From assembly GCA_035479795.1 (NCBI GenBank), contig DATIII010000002.1, positions 7 to 64,006 of the forward strand: DNA of 64,000 nucleotides, read 5' to 3'. Both the position numbers and the translations under genes were made by a program. Under the pieces are notes generated by a model that did no database searches, had not been told where the DNA came from, and saw only the letters and a list, made by a program, of their open reading frames with translations. How positions within the stretch are numbered: the first letter of the stretch is position 1; the number at the start of each line of letters is the position of its first letter. The DNA comes from Candidatus Saccharimonadales bacterium. Its GTDB lineage: Bacteria > Patescibacteriota > Saccharimonadia > UBA4664 > SCTI01. This document shows, piece after piece, positions 1-9,758 of the stretch.

Positions 1-135
1 AACTACACCTACACTCCCAGCCCAGCCTCCTGTGCTTCCGGTGCGTGTACTTCCTACACCCTGACATCCACCTTGGAAAACACCAAGGATCCGCAGGCTA
101 CCGGTGGTACCTACACCGTCAACTCTGCTAACTAA
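1..135 (+). CDS. Type IV pilin/GspG-like protein, C-terminal end (partial, begins before window)
   Basis: Frame 1 reads NYTYTPSPASCASGACTSYTLTSTLENTKDPQATGGTYTVNSAN*; the YTY..C....CTSYTLT..LE pattern is typical of CPR pilin C-termini; not in the ORF track. Confidence 0.7.
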   Translation, partial: NYTYTPSPASCASGACTSYTLTSTLENTKDPQATGGTYTVNSAN

Positions 136-147
136 TAAGATCCAACT

Positions 148-183
148 AAAAAGGACCCCGACCGAAAGGAAGGAGTCCTTTTT
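148..183. terminator. Bidirectional intrinsic terminator
   Basis: AAAAAGGAC..GAAA..GTCCTTTTT hairpin between convergent genes. Confidence 0.75.
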
Positions 184-1333
184 AGTCGAGGTCGAAGCCC
201 AGCTGATTAGGGTTGGGCGGAGCGTCGGCGGCCGCCGTCACATTCGCCTTGCGAACATAGCGGAAGCCGCTGGCCAGATCTGCTGGCTCAATGATGTTAC
301 CTGTGAAGCCTTGTGGGCCGAGGCGCCTGTCATTTAGCTTGATTTCGCCCCACTTATAGTAGGGGCCGGCGGGTACATTCCAGTTGCAGGTAGTTGAAAA
401 GCGGCAGGTACCGCAGGCACGCAACCATTGGTTAATAGCCGCCGTTTGATCCCATAACAAGTCCTTTTTATACAGGACAGTTGAGCGGTTATCAAATTCG
501 CCTTCCTGACGCCATTCAGCCTCAGGGTTATCCGCGCACTTTGCCTTGGAGTACAGCCAAACAGCATTGCAAAGCTCTAATGGCTCCAGGCCGGCCTCCT
601 CAGCGCACCACAAGTAAAAGTTCCTAATCGCGTCCAGGACGGTATCCGTGTAGACATTACTATCCTGGTCGCCGTACACCTTCACTATTTCATTGGCCAA
701 GGTGACCCGAGCGACATGGATGTCCACGGGGATAGGGAAGTTGAACGGGCTAACGAAGCCCGCATCCATGAAGTAATAGATAATCATGCTGACCATCTTG
801 TGCTGGAAGCCCTTAAAGCCATTGCCGCGGTGGTCGTTGCGAATACGGCGCACGGCTTCATCCCAGGAATCCAGGCCGAGAAAAATATTGCCGGGGTCGG
901 CGTCGTAGCGCTCCACCAGCCGTCGGGCGTTCTCCACCCAGAATTGCGGGGTTTGGCTTTTGCGATAGTTAAGACCGACGGCCTGCAATGCCTGACTCAG
1001 GACCTCCGGGTCCAAGTTAATGGCGTACTCCGGCAGATAATACTCCGGATGCTCATCAAAGATCTTCGACATAGCCTTAACGGCCGTCACGGAGTCCACG
1101 CCGCCGCGCATGTAGTAGTTGATATGAAACAGCAGCAGGCGATGCAGGCGACTGCCAACTTCCAGTGTTTGCGGCATATGCCGAGGGTCCTGCGGCACAA
1201 CCGCGTCGGGCCGATCAAACGGATCGGCTCCCACTCGGTAGAGCTCAAGTATGTCGTACATGACCTCCAGACCCTTTTGCCAAAAGATCCGCGTGCGCAG
1301 CTTGGGTATATTGGTTTTCGAAATAGTTCTCAC
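182..1333 (-). CDS. HhH-GPD/endonuclease III-like DNA glycosylase-related protein
   Basis: FKGFQHKM HhH-like turn, PVDIHVARV catalytic-Asp motif, C-terminal C..CGTCRFSTTC putative FeS ligands. Confidence 0.65.
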   Translation of the reverse strand: MRTISKTNIPKLRTRIFWQKGLEVMYDILELYRVGADPFDRPDAVVPQDPRHMPQTLEVGSRLHRLLLFHINYYMRGGVDSVTAVKAMSKIFDEHPEYYLPEYAINLDPEVLSQALQAVGLNYRKSQTPQFWVENARRLVERYDADPGNIFLGLDSWDEAVRRIRNDHRGNGFKGFQHKMVSMIIYYFMDAGFVSPFNFPIPVDIHVARVTLANEIVKVYGDQDSNVYTDTVLDAIRNFYLWCAEEAGLEPLELCNAVWLYSKAKCADNPEAEWRQEGEFDNRSTVLYKKDLLWDQTAAINQWLRACGTCRFSTTCNWNVPAGPYYKWGEIKLNDRRLGPQGFTGNIIEPADLASGFRYVRKANVTAAADAPPNPNQLGFDLD

Positions 1334-1421
1334 CTCCTCTCTATGTGAAGAGAGGGTGTCAAAGGGCTTAAACGCTACCGAGTATACCAGATATGGCCGG
1401 TGACCGTTATAATCAGATCTG

Positions 1422-1988
1422 ATGAAACGCTACCGATATCGCCGAATTTCAATTTGGACGCTAATTATCGCCATCTTGACCTTGCTGGGAGCCGGAGTCA
1501 CCCAAAAAGGGCAGGTAGTACTGCCGACTCTTTCGTCACAACCGGGTTTTTACCCAGTGACGCACGTGACTGATGGCGATACCATTGAGGTCAATTTAGC
1601 TGGGAAAAATGAGATCGTAAGGCTCATTGGGATCGACACGCCGGAGGAAAAAGATCCACGCAAGCCGGTTCAATGCTATGCCTTGGCCGCTGCCCAGCAT
1701 ATGCAGCAGCTAGCGGGAGACAAGAGTGTGCGCTTGGAAGCCGACCCGGATACCAGCGACCGTGATAAATATAACCGGCTACTTCGCTACGTCTATCTAT
1801 CCGACGGTACCTTTGTAAACCAGGCTCAAGTTCAGCAGGGCTACGGCTTTGCTTACACCATTTTCCCAAACTCCAAATTAGATCAGTTTCGAGCCTGGGA
1901 GCGCGAAGCCCGGGGGGCTAATCGTGGCCTGTGGGCCGGCTGCCAAATTCACTCCGAAGGTGAGAAAGAACAAACTAACGACCAATGA
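1422..1988 (+). CDS. Thermonuclease (SNase) family, secreted or membrane-anchored
   Basis: VTDGDTI, VRLIGIDTPE, DKYNRLLRYVY motifs; N-terminal TM segment. Confidence 0.93.
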   Translation: MKRYRYRRISIWTLIIAILTLLGAGVTQKGQVVLPTLSSQPGFYPVTHVTDGDTIEVNLAGKNEIVRLIGIDTPEEKDPRKPVQCYALAAAQHMQQLAGDKSVRLEADPDTSDRDKYNRLLRYVYLSDGTFVNQAQVQQGYGFAYTIFPNSKLDQFRAWEREARGANRGLWAGCQIHSEGEKEQTNDQ

Positions 1989-1992
1989 TCGT

Positions 1993-2379
1993 CTAGGAGA
2001 TCGGGGCTTCGGGTTTGCCAATCTTGGCGCTAAGGATCACCTGACGCACCTCACCATCCTTATCCTTAATTTGAGTGTCCTGAGTTTCATTGTAATAAGC
2101 TACCAAATGATGGCTCATAATTTCGGCTAAGTCTTTTTGCTTAAATTTTAGCTCTTCGAGTTCAGAATTAACGGTTTGAAAATCACGATCAGCCTCCAGC
2201 AGTTTTTTTGCCTGCTGACGTTTGGCTGTTAGCTCCTTAATTTCTTCTTGAAGCTTCTGGTACTCCTGATTCTGCAGTAGCACATCTTTGAGATTATCGC
2301 GCATTACCTTGATTTGATTGCGGACCTCGTCCATCTCTTCCATTACGCGGTGTACGGCATCAACTGTCTTTTCGTCCAT
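1993..2379 (-). CDS. Hypothetical coiled-coil protein
   Basis: 128-aa ORF with heptad-rich E/K/Q/L composition and SD (AGGGA) upstream. Confidence 0.8.
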   Translation of the reverse strand: MDEKTVDAVHRVMEEMDEVRNQIKVMRDNLKDVLLQNQEYQKLQEEIKELTAKRQQAKKLLEADRDFQTVNSELEELKFKQKDLAEIMSHHLVAYYNETQDTQIKDKDGEVRQVILSAKIGKPEAPIS

Positions 2380-2491
2380 TTGTTTTCCCTTAATTCTTTA
2401 ACGAGTATAGCAAACAAAATGCGTCTAATTGCTTTGACTTTTATATCTGTCAGGTGTTAAATATCAAAACTGTTCCCTGACAAAGGAAATT

Positions 2492-2878
2492 ATGCCTGCA
2501 ACAAAGCTTCAGCACGGCTGCTACAGCCTAAGAAGCGCTTTCTCCATCATCCAGCACGCCCATGCCGGAGCACCGATGGGCTATATCGAGGCCTTGGAAG
2601 TCGCCGACGCGCCTGACGGCAAGCATCGGATTGTGCTTTGCCACTACAACGGCAACCGCGGCCACTACAGGTTCGTGGAGTTCGAGAGTGTTGAAGACAC
2701 GGTCCGTGAAGTCAATCGGCTGCAATGGGGCTCGCGGGCAGCCACGGACGAGGAGTTCTATGCTTCTCGCGACGGCTTTGTGCGCTTCGTGGCACTGGAA
2801 GAAAACCAGGCCCCGTGGTTCTACGCAGAAGACGTCACCAACGTGACAAGCGACTGCGATTTCGTGATCGAAACATGA
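2492..2878 (+). CDS. Hypothetical protein (GC-rich orphan islet)
   Basis: SD AAGGAA, TTGACT upstream, C/G-ending codons. Confidence 0.7.
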   Translation: MPATKLQHGCYSLRSAFSIIQHAHAGAPMGYIEALEVADAPDGKHRIVLCHYNGNRGHYRFVEFESVEDTVREVNRLQWGSRAATDEEFYASRDGFVRFVALEENQAPWFYAEDVTNVTSDCDFVIET

Positions 2879-3189
2879 GCGAGTCCAAACGCGCTCACTC
2901 AGGACGGACCATCAGCTTTCTGTTTCGCTCGAGGCGTAAAGAGAACAGCGATCGGGGCATGCTTGAGATCAACCGCAAAACCAGCGTTCTGGTCACAGTC
3001 ACAAATGTCGACGACGAGCAGGCTCGAGTCACGGTCCGAACCACGGTTAATGACCATGGAGGACCACTTGATCAAACCGGCTTTATTGCGCCCAGGACCA
3101 TGCCCAGATCTGAAGTCCACGCTTTTGTCAGCGGGGTGGCTGCACTATCGCTGGCATTTACCGGCCGCGAACCGGAGGTGAAGACTTAG
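2875..3189 (+). CDS. Hypothetical protein (MSESKRAH...)
   Basis: ATGA overlap with previous stop; C-terminal part of track ORF 2725..3189; followed directly by a terminator. Confidence 0.6.
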   Translation: MSESKRAHSGRTISFLFRSRRKENSDRGMLEINRKTSVLVTVTNVDDEQARVTVRTTVNDHGGPLDQTGFIAPRTMPRSEVHAFVSGVAALSLAFTGREPEVKT

Positions 3190-3266
3190 GCGGTGGCAGG
3201 GAAACCTGCTGCCGCTTTTTTAATGAAAAACTGAGGCGCTCCGGTCGTATATGAACGGAGCGCCTA
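3190..3266. terminator. Two back-to-back terminator hairpins between convergent orphan genes
   Basis: GCGGTGGCAGG-GAAA-CCTGCTGCCGC-TTTTTT and AGGCGCTCCG...CGGAGCGCCT. Confidence 0.75.
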
Positions 3267-3288
3267 TTCGGCTGGATGCGACCAAGCG

Positions 3289-3591
3289 TCAGACTCGAGA
3301 CCTGGTCGCACCAAGGGCGGCAAGGGGCCCGCCCCAGCGCCGAAGATGATCGCGGGTCCTGTTGTAGAGGCGATCTTCAAGATCGCTGTCGGGTCGCTGC
3401 GACTCCTTTTCGAAGCGTTTGAGCGCCAACCCGGGGTTGTCGCCGGAGCTGACCATCCAGCTCACCGCCTCGAACTCGCCGGTCTCGCGGTCGTTGTGCG
3501 GATGACCGCTGGCTGCCTCGTATCGCTCTTTGGCTTCGGGGTAGGAGTTGCCCCGGCCGCGGAACAGGCCCATCGCACGCTTGAGCATCAA
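3289..3591 (-). CDS. Hypothetical protein (GC-rich orphan)
   Basis: SD AAGGGAG; TTGACA overlapping the helicase stop; GC-rich codons. Confidence 0.6.
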   Translation of the reverse strand: MMLKRAMGLFRGRGNSYPEAKERYEAASGHPHNDRETGEFEAVSWMVSSGDNPGLALKRFEKESQRPDSDLEDRLYNRTRDHLRRWGGPLAALGATRSRV

Positions 3592-3652
3592 TGCTCCCTT
3601 CTTTCGGAGTGAACGTGCTTATGCCAAAAATACTCCCGCCACTTATTGGTTG

Positions 3653-4825
3653 TCAACCAATAATAAATAGGCGATTTTCGGCACGAGTTACGGCTGTATA
3701 GAGCCAGCGGCGCCAGTCTTCATCGCTCATATGCTTGTTACGCTCTTCAAACACAATCACCGTATCAGCCGACGATCCTTGGGCTTTGTGAACGGTCAGG
3801 GCATAGGCGAAGTCAAACAAGTCACCTTTAATTTTTTTATCAGGTGTCTTCGGTAATTCTTTAACTGTTTCGCGGGCCCCAAATTGTTCACGCAGTAGCA
3901 AACCTTCATACTCAAAATCATCGATTTTTAAGCCCACCTGCCACCACTTCTCCTCATCGTCAGCCTCGGCCTTGTTTATCCAGCGCACCGAACCAGTCAT
4001 GCCGTTGTACAGCTTGGCCCGACTATTATTGCGTAGACAGACAACATGATCGCCTGACACTGGATCGGCTGACTCAAACCCCATGCGGCCGCGTAGCGAC
4101 TCATTGAGCCGGACTCGAGTGTGGTTGTAGCCACACAACACCAGCCAATCCGGCCGCCACTGCTCGAGCAGCTCATCCATGACCACGCCAATATCATCCG
4201 CCCCACGATCAATCTTAATAACTTCGCTGCCATAGCTGCCAGCCGGAATCTCTCCGGTAGTGCGGGCCAATGTAGCTGCTTGCACGATCCCTGAGCCTGC
4301 AGCCTGTCGATAAACCGCTTCCAGACGCAGCTGCGGATCGGCCATCAGATTAAAGCTAGATCCAACAGGCGGCAGTTGGCCATGATCGCCAACCGCTAGA
4401 ATCGGAATGCCAAATGACAACAGGTCCTTCCAAATATCGGCGGTAACCATACTAGCCTCATCGACGATTATCAGATCAAATTCTAGCTCTTTCTTTTTGC
4501 GCCAACCGGTAATCCGGCCGCCGGAGTCGGTTTCGGTATGGTAGATCAGGCCATGAATGGTCGATATATTGTCAGACTTTTTGGCAATGCGATGGCTCTT
4601 TAGAGTCTTTTCCAGCACCCGCACGGCCTTACCGGTATAGGCACAAAAGGCGACCTTGGCATCCGGATCGTTCTGACGCAGCGCCTGGCGAACATAGGCT
4701 ATCAAGGTAGTTTTGCCCGTACCAGCGTACCCACCCAGCGTTATAAATGGCTCAGATTTGGTTCGGTACCACCGGCCAATTGTCTGGAGGGCTTCAATCT
4801 GTTGTCTTGATAACTCGTAACTCAC
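3653..4825 (-). CDS. RecD2/Dda-like SF1B ATP-dependent helicase
   Basis: GYAGTGKTT Walker A, IVDEASMV, GDHGQLPPV, YALTVHKAQGS, LYTAVTRA; likely GTG start at 4825. Confidence 0.9.
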   Translation of the reverse strand: MSYELSRQQIEALQTIGRWYRTKSEPFITLGGYAGTGKTTLIAYVRQALRQNDPDAKVAFCAYTGKAVRVLEKTLKSHRIAKKSDNISTIHGLIYHTETDSGGRITGWRKKKELEFDLIIVDEASMVTADIWKDLLSFGIPILAVGDHGQLPPVGSSFNLMADPQLRLEAVYRQAAGSGIVQAATLARTTGEIPAGSYGSEVIKIDRGADDIGVVMDELLEQWRPDWLVLCGYNHTRVRLNESLRGRMGFESADPVSGDHVVCLRNNSRAKLYNGMTGSVRWINKAEADDEEKWWQVGLKIDDFEYEGLLLREQFGARETVKELPKTPDKKIKGDLFDFAYALTVHKAQGSSADTVIVFEERNKHMSDEDWRRWLYTAVTRAENRLFIIG

Positions 4826-4955
4826 AAAGCCAAGTGTACCAAACTCCAGCATCCAAAAAATCCAGACATTTTGCGCCAGGGCGTTGGAATTAGTGCTAAT
4901 GCTGAGTATCAAATGAATGCCATAGGATAAATTTAATTAGCTGGGAGGGCTTAGT

Positions 4956-5177
4956 ATGGAAGGAACTGCCGAAAGGAGACACCGTTTGGCGCAGTGGGCC
5001 GCCAAGATCTTGGATTCGGATCTGGACGCCCTGGCCAAGGCGCGCAAACTAGTGGCGCTAGGTTATGACGACGCCGAGGCCGACGAGTTGGTAATGCGTA
5101 GTCAGTTTGCAGCGCAGCAGCCGGTCTACTATGAACAGCTGCCGAACGCCGACTATGCACCGGACAGTGACGAGTGA
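4956..5177 (+). CDS. Small hypothetical protein
   Basis: SD GGGAGGG upstream, 73 aa. Confidence 0.6.
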   Translation: MEGTAERRHRLAQWAAKILDSDLDALAKARKLVALGYDDAEADELVMRSQFAAQQPVYYEQLPNADYAPDSDE

Positions 5178-5260
5178 TCAGTTACAAGTAACAAGGATTT
5201 GGTTTCGAGCCGCTTGTCACGTGTTACATGCTACTTGTAACTTTCGTGTAAACTGTTGGC

Positions 5261-6055
5261 ATGAAGATTTATTCCTGGAATGTCAATGGCATTCGCGCCG
5301 TTCATAACAAAGGCTTGTTTTTACCATTTATCGAGCAACATCAGCCCGATATTTTGTGCTTGCAGGAGACCAAGGCAGCCCAACACCAGTCACCAGTAGA
5401 GGTGCCGGGCTATACCGAGCATTGGAATTCGGCCGAGAAACCGGGATATTCCGGCACGGCCATCTTTACCAAGCATCAGCCAGTGGCGGTTATTAATGGC
5501 TTTCCTGAAGATCTAATTGAAAAATACCACCTGACAGGTGATGTTTACGGCGACCCTAATAAAGAGGGACGGGTGGTGGCAGCCGAATTCGACAGCTTCT
5601 ACGTTGTCACCGTCTACACACCCAATGCCAAAGATGATTTATCGCGCATCCCGTTACGCCAAAAATGGGACCCGGCTTTTTTGGAATACTGCTTGCGGCT
5701 GGAAAAAACAAAGCCAGTAATTTTCTGCGGCGACCTTAACGTGGCCCATACCGAAGATGATCTGGCTCGCCCCAAGCCTAATAAAGGCAAGAAGGGTTTT
5801 ACCGAAGAAGAGCGCGGGGGATTCCAGAGCTTTTTAGACCATGGATTCGTTGACACCTTCCGGCTGTTCCACCAGGGCAACGGCCACTATACCTGGTGGA
5901 CTCACTGGGGAAATGCCAGGGCTAACAACGTCGGCTGGCGGATTGACTATTTGTTGGCCTCCAAAGCTCTGAAAGGCAAGATCGCCAAGGCCGAAATCCA
6001 TGCCGATGTCATGGGCTCCGACCATTGCCCAATCTCTCTGACACTTGAGGGCTAA
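5261..6055 (+). CDS. xth: Exodeoxyribonuclease III (AP endonuclease)
   Basis: SWNVNGIRA, LQETK, GDLNVAH, WRIDY, GSDHCP motifs. Confidence 0.96.
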   Translation: MKIYSWNVNGIRAVHNKGLFLPFIEQHQPDILCLQETKAAQHQSPVEVPGYTEHWNSAEKPGYSGTAIFTKHQPVAVINGFPEDLIEKYHLTGDVYGDPNKEGRVVAAEFDSFYVVTVYTPNAKDDLSRIPLRQKWDPAFLEYCLRLEKTKPVIFCGDLNVAHTEDDLARPKPNKGKKGFTEEERGGFQSFLDHGFVDTFRLFHQGNGHYTWWTHWGNARANNVGWRIDYLLASKALKGKIAKAEIHADVMGSDHCPISLTLEG

Positions 6056-6907
6056 GTGAATTTCTTAAAGCAGGCGGAAGAGCCGCTTTTCCCGGACATC
6101 CTCTGGAATCGACCACTCGTCAAAAATCGGGGAGGCCGCCTGTTGGCTCTCGGTGGTCACTCACGCGGTTTTGCGGCCATCCAGGCGGTTTTCCAGTTGG
6201 CCGAAGCCGCCGGGATCGGCGAGTGCTTGATTGGTATTCCCGACAGTCTGGCCAAGTTAGTGGGTGATGCCCCCGAAATCATGGGCTTACCGGCCAGCCC
6301 ATCAGGATCCCTGGGCAAGGCGGCACTGGGCGAAGTTCTCCATACGGTGGCCGATTGCGATGGTCTACTAGTGGGTCTGGATTTAACCAACAATTCTGAA
6401 ACAGCCGTTTTAGTCGAATCCGTTCTGCAGAAGGCCGAAAAGCCAATCATGATGACCGAGGAAGCCCTGGATACTTTGCCTGGTTCGGCCCAGGTTATCA
6501 CTGAGAATGCAGAGGCTGTTTTGATTGGTAGTATGAATGCCATTATTGCCGTTGCCAATCGAAACAAGTTGGCCCTGCAACTTCGACCAGAGAAACAGCT
6601 AATTGGCCGGATTGAAGCCGTCCAGCAAATCGCAGACGCAGCTAAATGCGCTCTGGTAATAATTGGACGCGAGATTATTGTCTGTGCTGATGGCCAAACC
6701 AGCATCACGCCCCAGCGGGGTGATGCGTCGGACCATCCGGCCGTGCAAGCAGTGTTTGCTCCATTCTGGTTGCAAAATAAATCTAAACGCTTCGAAGCTC
6801 TGACCACGGCTGCCTTCGTTTTAAGCAAGTCACTACCCGCCGATCAAGATCTGACCTACGGCCAGATCGCGGGGAGTATTCGCACGGCCCTGCAGCATTT
6901 CAGTTAA
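6056..6907 (+). CDS. Divergent NAD(P)H-hydrate dehydratase/YjeF-C (ribokinase-fold)-like protein
   Basis: GRLLALGGH..., A.AAGIG N-terminal motifs resembling NnrD; catalytic motifs degenerate. Confidence 0.6.
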   Translation: MNFLKQAEEPLFPDILWNRPLVKNRGGRLLALGGHSRGFAAIQAVFQLAEAAGIGECLIGIPDSLAKLVGDAPEIMGLPASPSGSLGKAALGEVLHTVADCDGLLVGLDLTNNSETAVLVESVLQKAEKPIMMTEEALDTLPGSAQVITENAEAVLIGSMNAIIAVANRNKLALQLRPEKQLIGRIEAVQQIADAAKCALVIIGREIIVCADGQTSITPQRGDASDHPAVQAVFAPFWLQNKSKRFEALTTAAFVLSKSLPADQDLTYGQIAGSIRTALQHFS

Positions 6908-6940
6908 CCTCCGGCTGAAAAATGTTATGCTATAGAGGTA

Positions 6941-7960
6941 ATGCTTACCGCCAAGTCGGAAAGTCGTGGAGTTCGCAGCATGGATGGCCTTCGTCGATCG
7001 CGGCCGCTACTGCAGCCTGCCCAGTCTCTGGCAGGCCGACCGATCACTCTAGCTGGCACACCGCCACAAGAGCCAATTGAGCCAGCTGCTGTTTTGGCCA
7101 CGACCAACATTGTCGTACCTCGCCGTAATTTAAAGCCATACATCTTAACCGCTGCCTTTAGCGCGGCTGTGCTTTCGGTAACGCCAATTTACAATTACCT
7201 TCAGCAACCCAACGTGGCCTTTGATCAACTGGTTGTCAAAACCATTAACATCGTCCACCCCCAGCCTATAGTGACTGTCGAGTGGGCAAAAATTGATTCA
7301 AGTCTTCCAGCTCTAATTAACTCATCCTCTGGCCTAAAAATAGGGGTATCGGTTATTGATCTTTCAACTGGCAAGCAAAGCAGTTATGGCGAGACCGGGG
7401 CCTTTACTGGTGCCAGCACCACCAAGGTTGTAACCGCCATCGCCTTCTTGCAGATGGTGGAACAAGGGAAAGTCAGCCTATCTGAGAAGCTCGGGAGTAG
7501 TCCAGCAGATTACCAGCTACGCCAGATGATCCAACGCAGCAATAATGATTCATGGGCGCTCCTGAACGCGCGAGTGGGTACGGCCAGCCTACAAAAGCTG
7601 GCGCCAAGTTATGGGGCCAATTCTTATAAGTACATCGGCAATAAGATTTCCGCCGCCGATGATGCAACCATGCTTGCCAGACTATATCAGGGCAAGTTAC
7701 TCAATGCCGACCACACGCAGCTGCTGCTTTCGTACATGCAGAACACCAACAATGAGCAATTAATTGCCGGATCTGATTTGCCATCTGGCGCCACCGTTTA
7801 CCATAAATACGGCCAGCTTGACGAGAACCTGCATGACACCTCGATAATTAAAATTGACGGCCGGCCGCTTATCCTTTCCATCTACACCGCGGGAAGCGGG
7901 GACTATACCACGCGGACCAATCTCATACACCAAATTACCGATTTAGTCATAGCCAAATAG
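6941..7960 (+). CDS. Class A beta-lactamase-related serine hydrolase (membrane-anchored)
   Basis: ASTTK (SxxK), SNN (SxN), HKYG (KTG-like) motifs after a TM segment. Confidence 0.85.
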   Translation: MLTAKSESRGVRSMDGLRRSRPLLQPAQSLAGRPITLAGTPPQEPIEPAAVLATTNIVVPRRNLKPYILTAAFSAAVLSVTPIYNYLQQPNVAFDQLVVKTINIVHPQPIVTVEWAKIDSSLPALINSSSGLKIGVSVIDLSTGKQSSYGETGAFTGASTTKVVTAIAFLQMVEQGKVSLSEKLGSSPADYQLRQMIQRSNNDSWALLNARVGTASLQKLAPSYGANSYKYIGNKISAADDATMLARLYQGKLLNADHTQLLLSYMQNTNNEQLIAGSDLPSGATVYHKYGQLDENLHDTSIIKIDGRPLILSIYTAGSGDYTTRTNLIHQITDLVIAK

Positions 7961-7964
7961 TCCG

Positions 7965-8495
7965 ATGCCATCAGAAACCCCAGCCGATTTGCCCACCCAA
8001 GCAAACCAACTAGTAAGTAAAAGCACTGACACTTTCAAGATCGAAATAGTCCAATCAATAATTGCAAGGCGGAGGAACAGTGCTCGATGGGCCGTAGGGA
8101 TAGTTTTGGTGGTATTGTTTGGTTCCACTTATTTTGATAAACACTACGATGCCGAGGCGTTAATCATTGCGGGTTCCATTTTTGTTCCGTGGTTTACAAC
8201 GCTTTATTTCGTCAACGCCGCAAACTGCCTGCAGCCTAGGACATATTATCGGCATTGGAACAAGATTGTGTACTATTCTCTGGCCAAGTTGGCAGTATTT
8301 TTTAATATCATTGATACCACTGGTGATGCGAAAGGAATCTTCAACCCTTGGCACGGCTTAATGGATTCCACCGTGTCTTCTAGACCGACCTTATTAACGG
8401 ACATGGCAATTTCTGCCGGCACTGGCTACAAAATTCAAAGAAGCCTGAAGCCCGCTGAATATATCGAAGCATATTTCAAACAGCAGCTTGGGTGA
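7965..8495 (+). CDS. Hypothetical membrane protein
   Basis: Two hydrophobic helices, 176 aa. Confidence 0.55.
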   Translation: MPSETPADLPTQANQLVSKSTDTFKIEIVQSIIARRRNSARWAVGIVLVVLFGSTYFDKHYDAEALIIAGSIFVPWFTTLYFVNAANCLQPRTYYRHWNKIVYYSLAKLAVFFNIIDTTGDAKGIFNPWHGLMDSTVSSRPTLLTDMAISAGTGYKIQRSLKPAEYIEAYFKQQLG

Positions 8496-8559
8496 CTGCC
8501 ACCCCCTCCAGCTTTCGTTTCTCGGCCGATGGGCGGTAGAAAGCTGACTAAATAATTGC

Positions 8560-8646
8560 TGGTACCGCCGGTCGGGCTCGAACCGACATGAGGTTGCCCT
8601 CACGGGATTTTGAGTCCCGCGTGTCTACCAATTCCACCACGGCGGC
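8560..8646 (-). tRNA. tRNA-Leu (CAA)
   Basis: GCCGCCGTGGTGGAATTGGTAGACACGCGGGA-CTCAAAA-TCCCG, long variable arm, GGTTCGAGCCC, 3' CCA. Confidence 0.96.
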
Positions 8647-8732
8647 GTGCTTCTTGAAACCCCTATTGTTTGGTTCCAGAACCTAAAAAGATTATCATAA
8701 AACAACACGGATATGAAAGATAAACCTAGCCC

Positions 8733-9758
8733 ATGAGCGAAGCCAAAATAGTCCATTTTCCGCACCACAAACGATCCGATTCTGCTAATAATCCGGATGC
8801 GGCCGAACACGCCCGAGCTCGGATCGCGGCTTTGCCCGATCAATACGCTAGCCACGCATCACCTCGCCCGGATCTGGCACGCAAAATCCCCCCCGCCAGC
8901 CCAGCCGCCCAAGATCAGCCACTCAGCTCGGAGATACCAGGTATCGATGATCTTACCGAAATCGGCCGCCAGCTAAAGGGTGGAAATTCACAAGAAGCTC
9001 CAGAAGGCCAGCCGTCAGAAAGCCCACAGGAAACGACAACTAAAAAACGTCGTTTACCAAGCCAGGCTAAGCCCCTGATTTCCGCGGCAGTTACCTTTGT
9101 CATTATCTTTATGGTTTTTAAGGCGCCTATCTTTCTGACCCAGCTGAGTTACGCCACCCAGAAACCTCCGGTAACCGCGCCTTCCAATAACTCTACTGCC
9201 GTTGGCCCCGACCCGGTGATCGATATTGCTAAAATCAACGTCCACGCGCCAATCGCCTTTGCGCACAGCAATACCGAAAGTGATATTCAAAAAGATCTCG
9301 AAGGGGGAGTGGTGCACTATGCCAACACGGCCCTTCCCGGGACCACCGGCAACAGCGTCATCTTTGGACACTCATCAAACGACTGGTGGGAGCCGGGAAA
9401 TTACAAGTTCGTCTTTGTGTTATTAGACAAACTAGCAGTGGGTGATACCTTTACAATCAATTACAACTCAAAGCAGTATCTTTACAAAGTTGCCGAAGTG
9501 AAGGTTGTCGAGCCCACGGATCTGAGCGTACTCAACCAAACCTCTGACGCCGAAGTAACCTTGATCACCTGCACTCCACCAGGTACCAGCTGGAAACGCT
9601 TAATCGTTCGTGCCAACCAAACCACACCGGTAACCCAAAAATCGGCTCCGGTCCAGCCGGAAAAGCACGGCATTTTGCCAAGTAACGCCCCCGGCATTGT
9701 AGACAGCCTCGGCCGCCTGTGGAACAGCGTGGTTAACTTGTTCTCAACCGATAAGTAG
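8733..9758 (+). CDS. Sortase family transpeptidase
   Basis: GNSVIFGHS (His), VTLITCTP (Cys), KRLIVRA (Arg); TM anchor. Confidence 0.92.
   Translation: MSEAKIVHFPHHKRSDSANNPDAAEHARARIAALPDQYASHASPRPDLARKIPPASPAAQDQPLSSEIPGIDDLTEIGRQLKGGNSQEAPEGQPSESPQETTTKKRRLPSQAKPLISAAVTFVIIFMVFKAPIFLTQLSYATQKPPVTAPSNNSTAVGPDPVIDIAKINVHAPIAFAHSNTESDIQKDLEGGVVHYANTALPGTTGNSVIFGHSSNDWWEPGNYKFVFVLLDKLAVGDTFTINYNSKQYLYKVAEVKVVEPTDLSVLNQTSDAEVTLITCTPPGTSWKRLIVRANQTTPVTQKSAPVQPEKHGILPSNAPGIVDSLGRLWNSVVNLFSTDK

Noticed and set aside
6941-7960. True beta-lactam resistance gene
   Set aside because: Lacks the class A omega-loop Glu166 region and has HKYG instead of KTG; more likely a peptidoglycan peptidase
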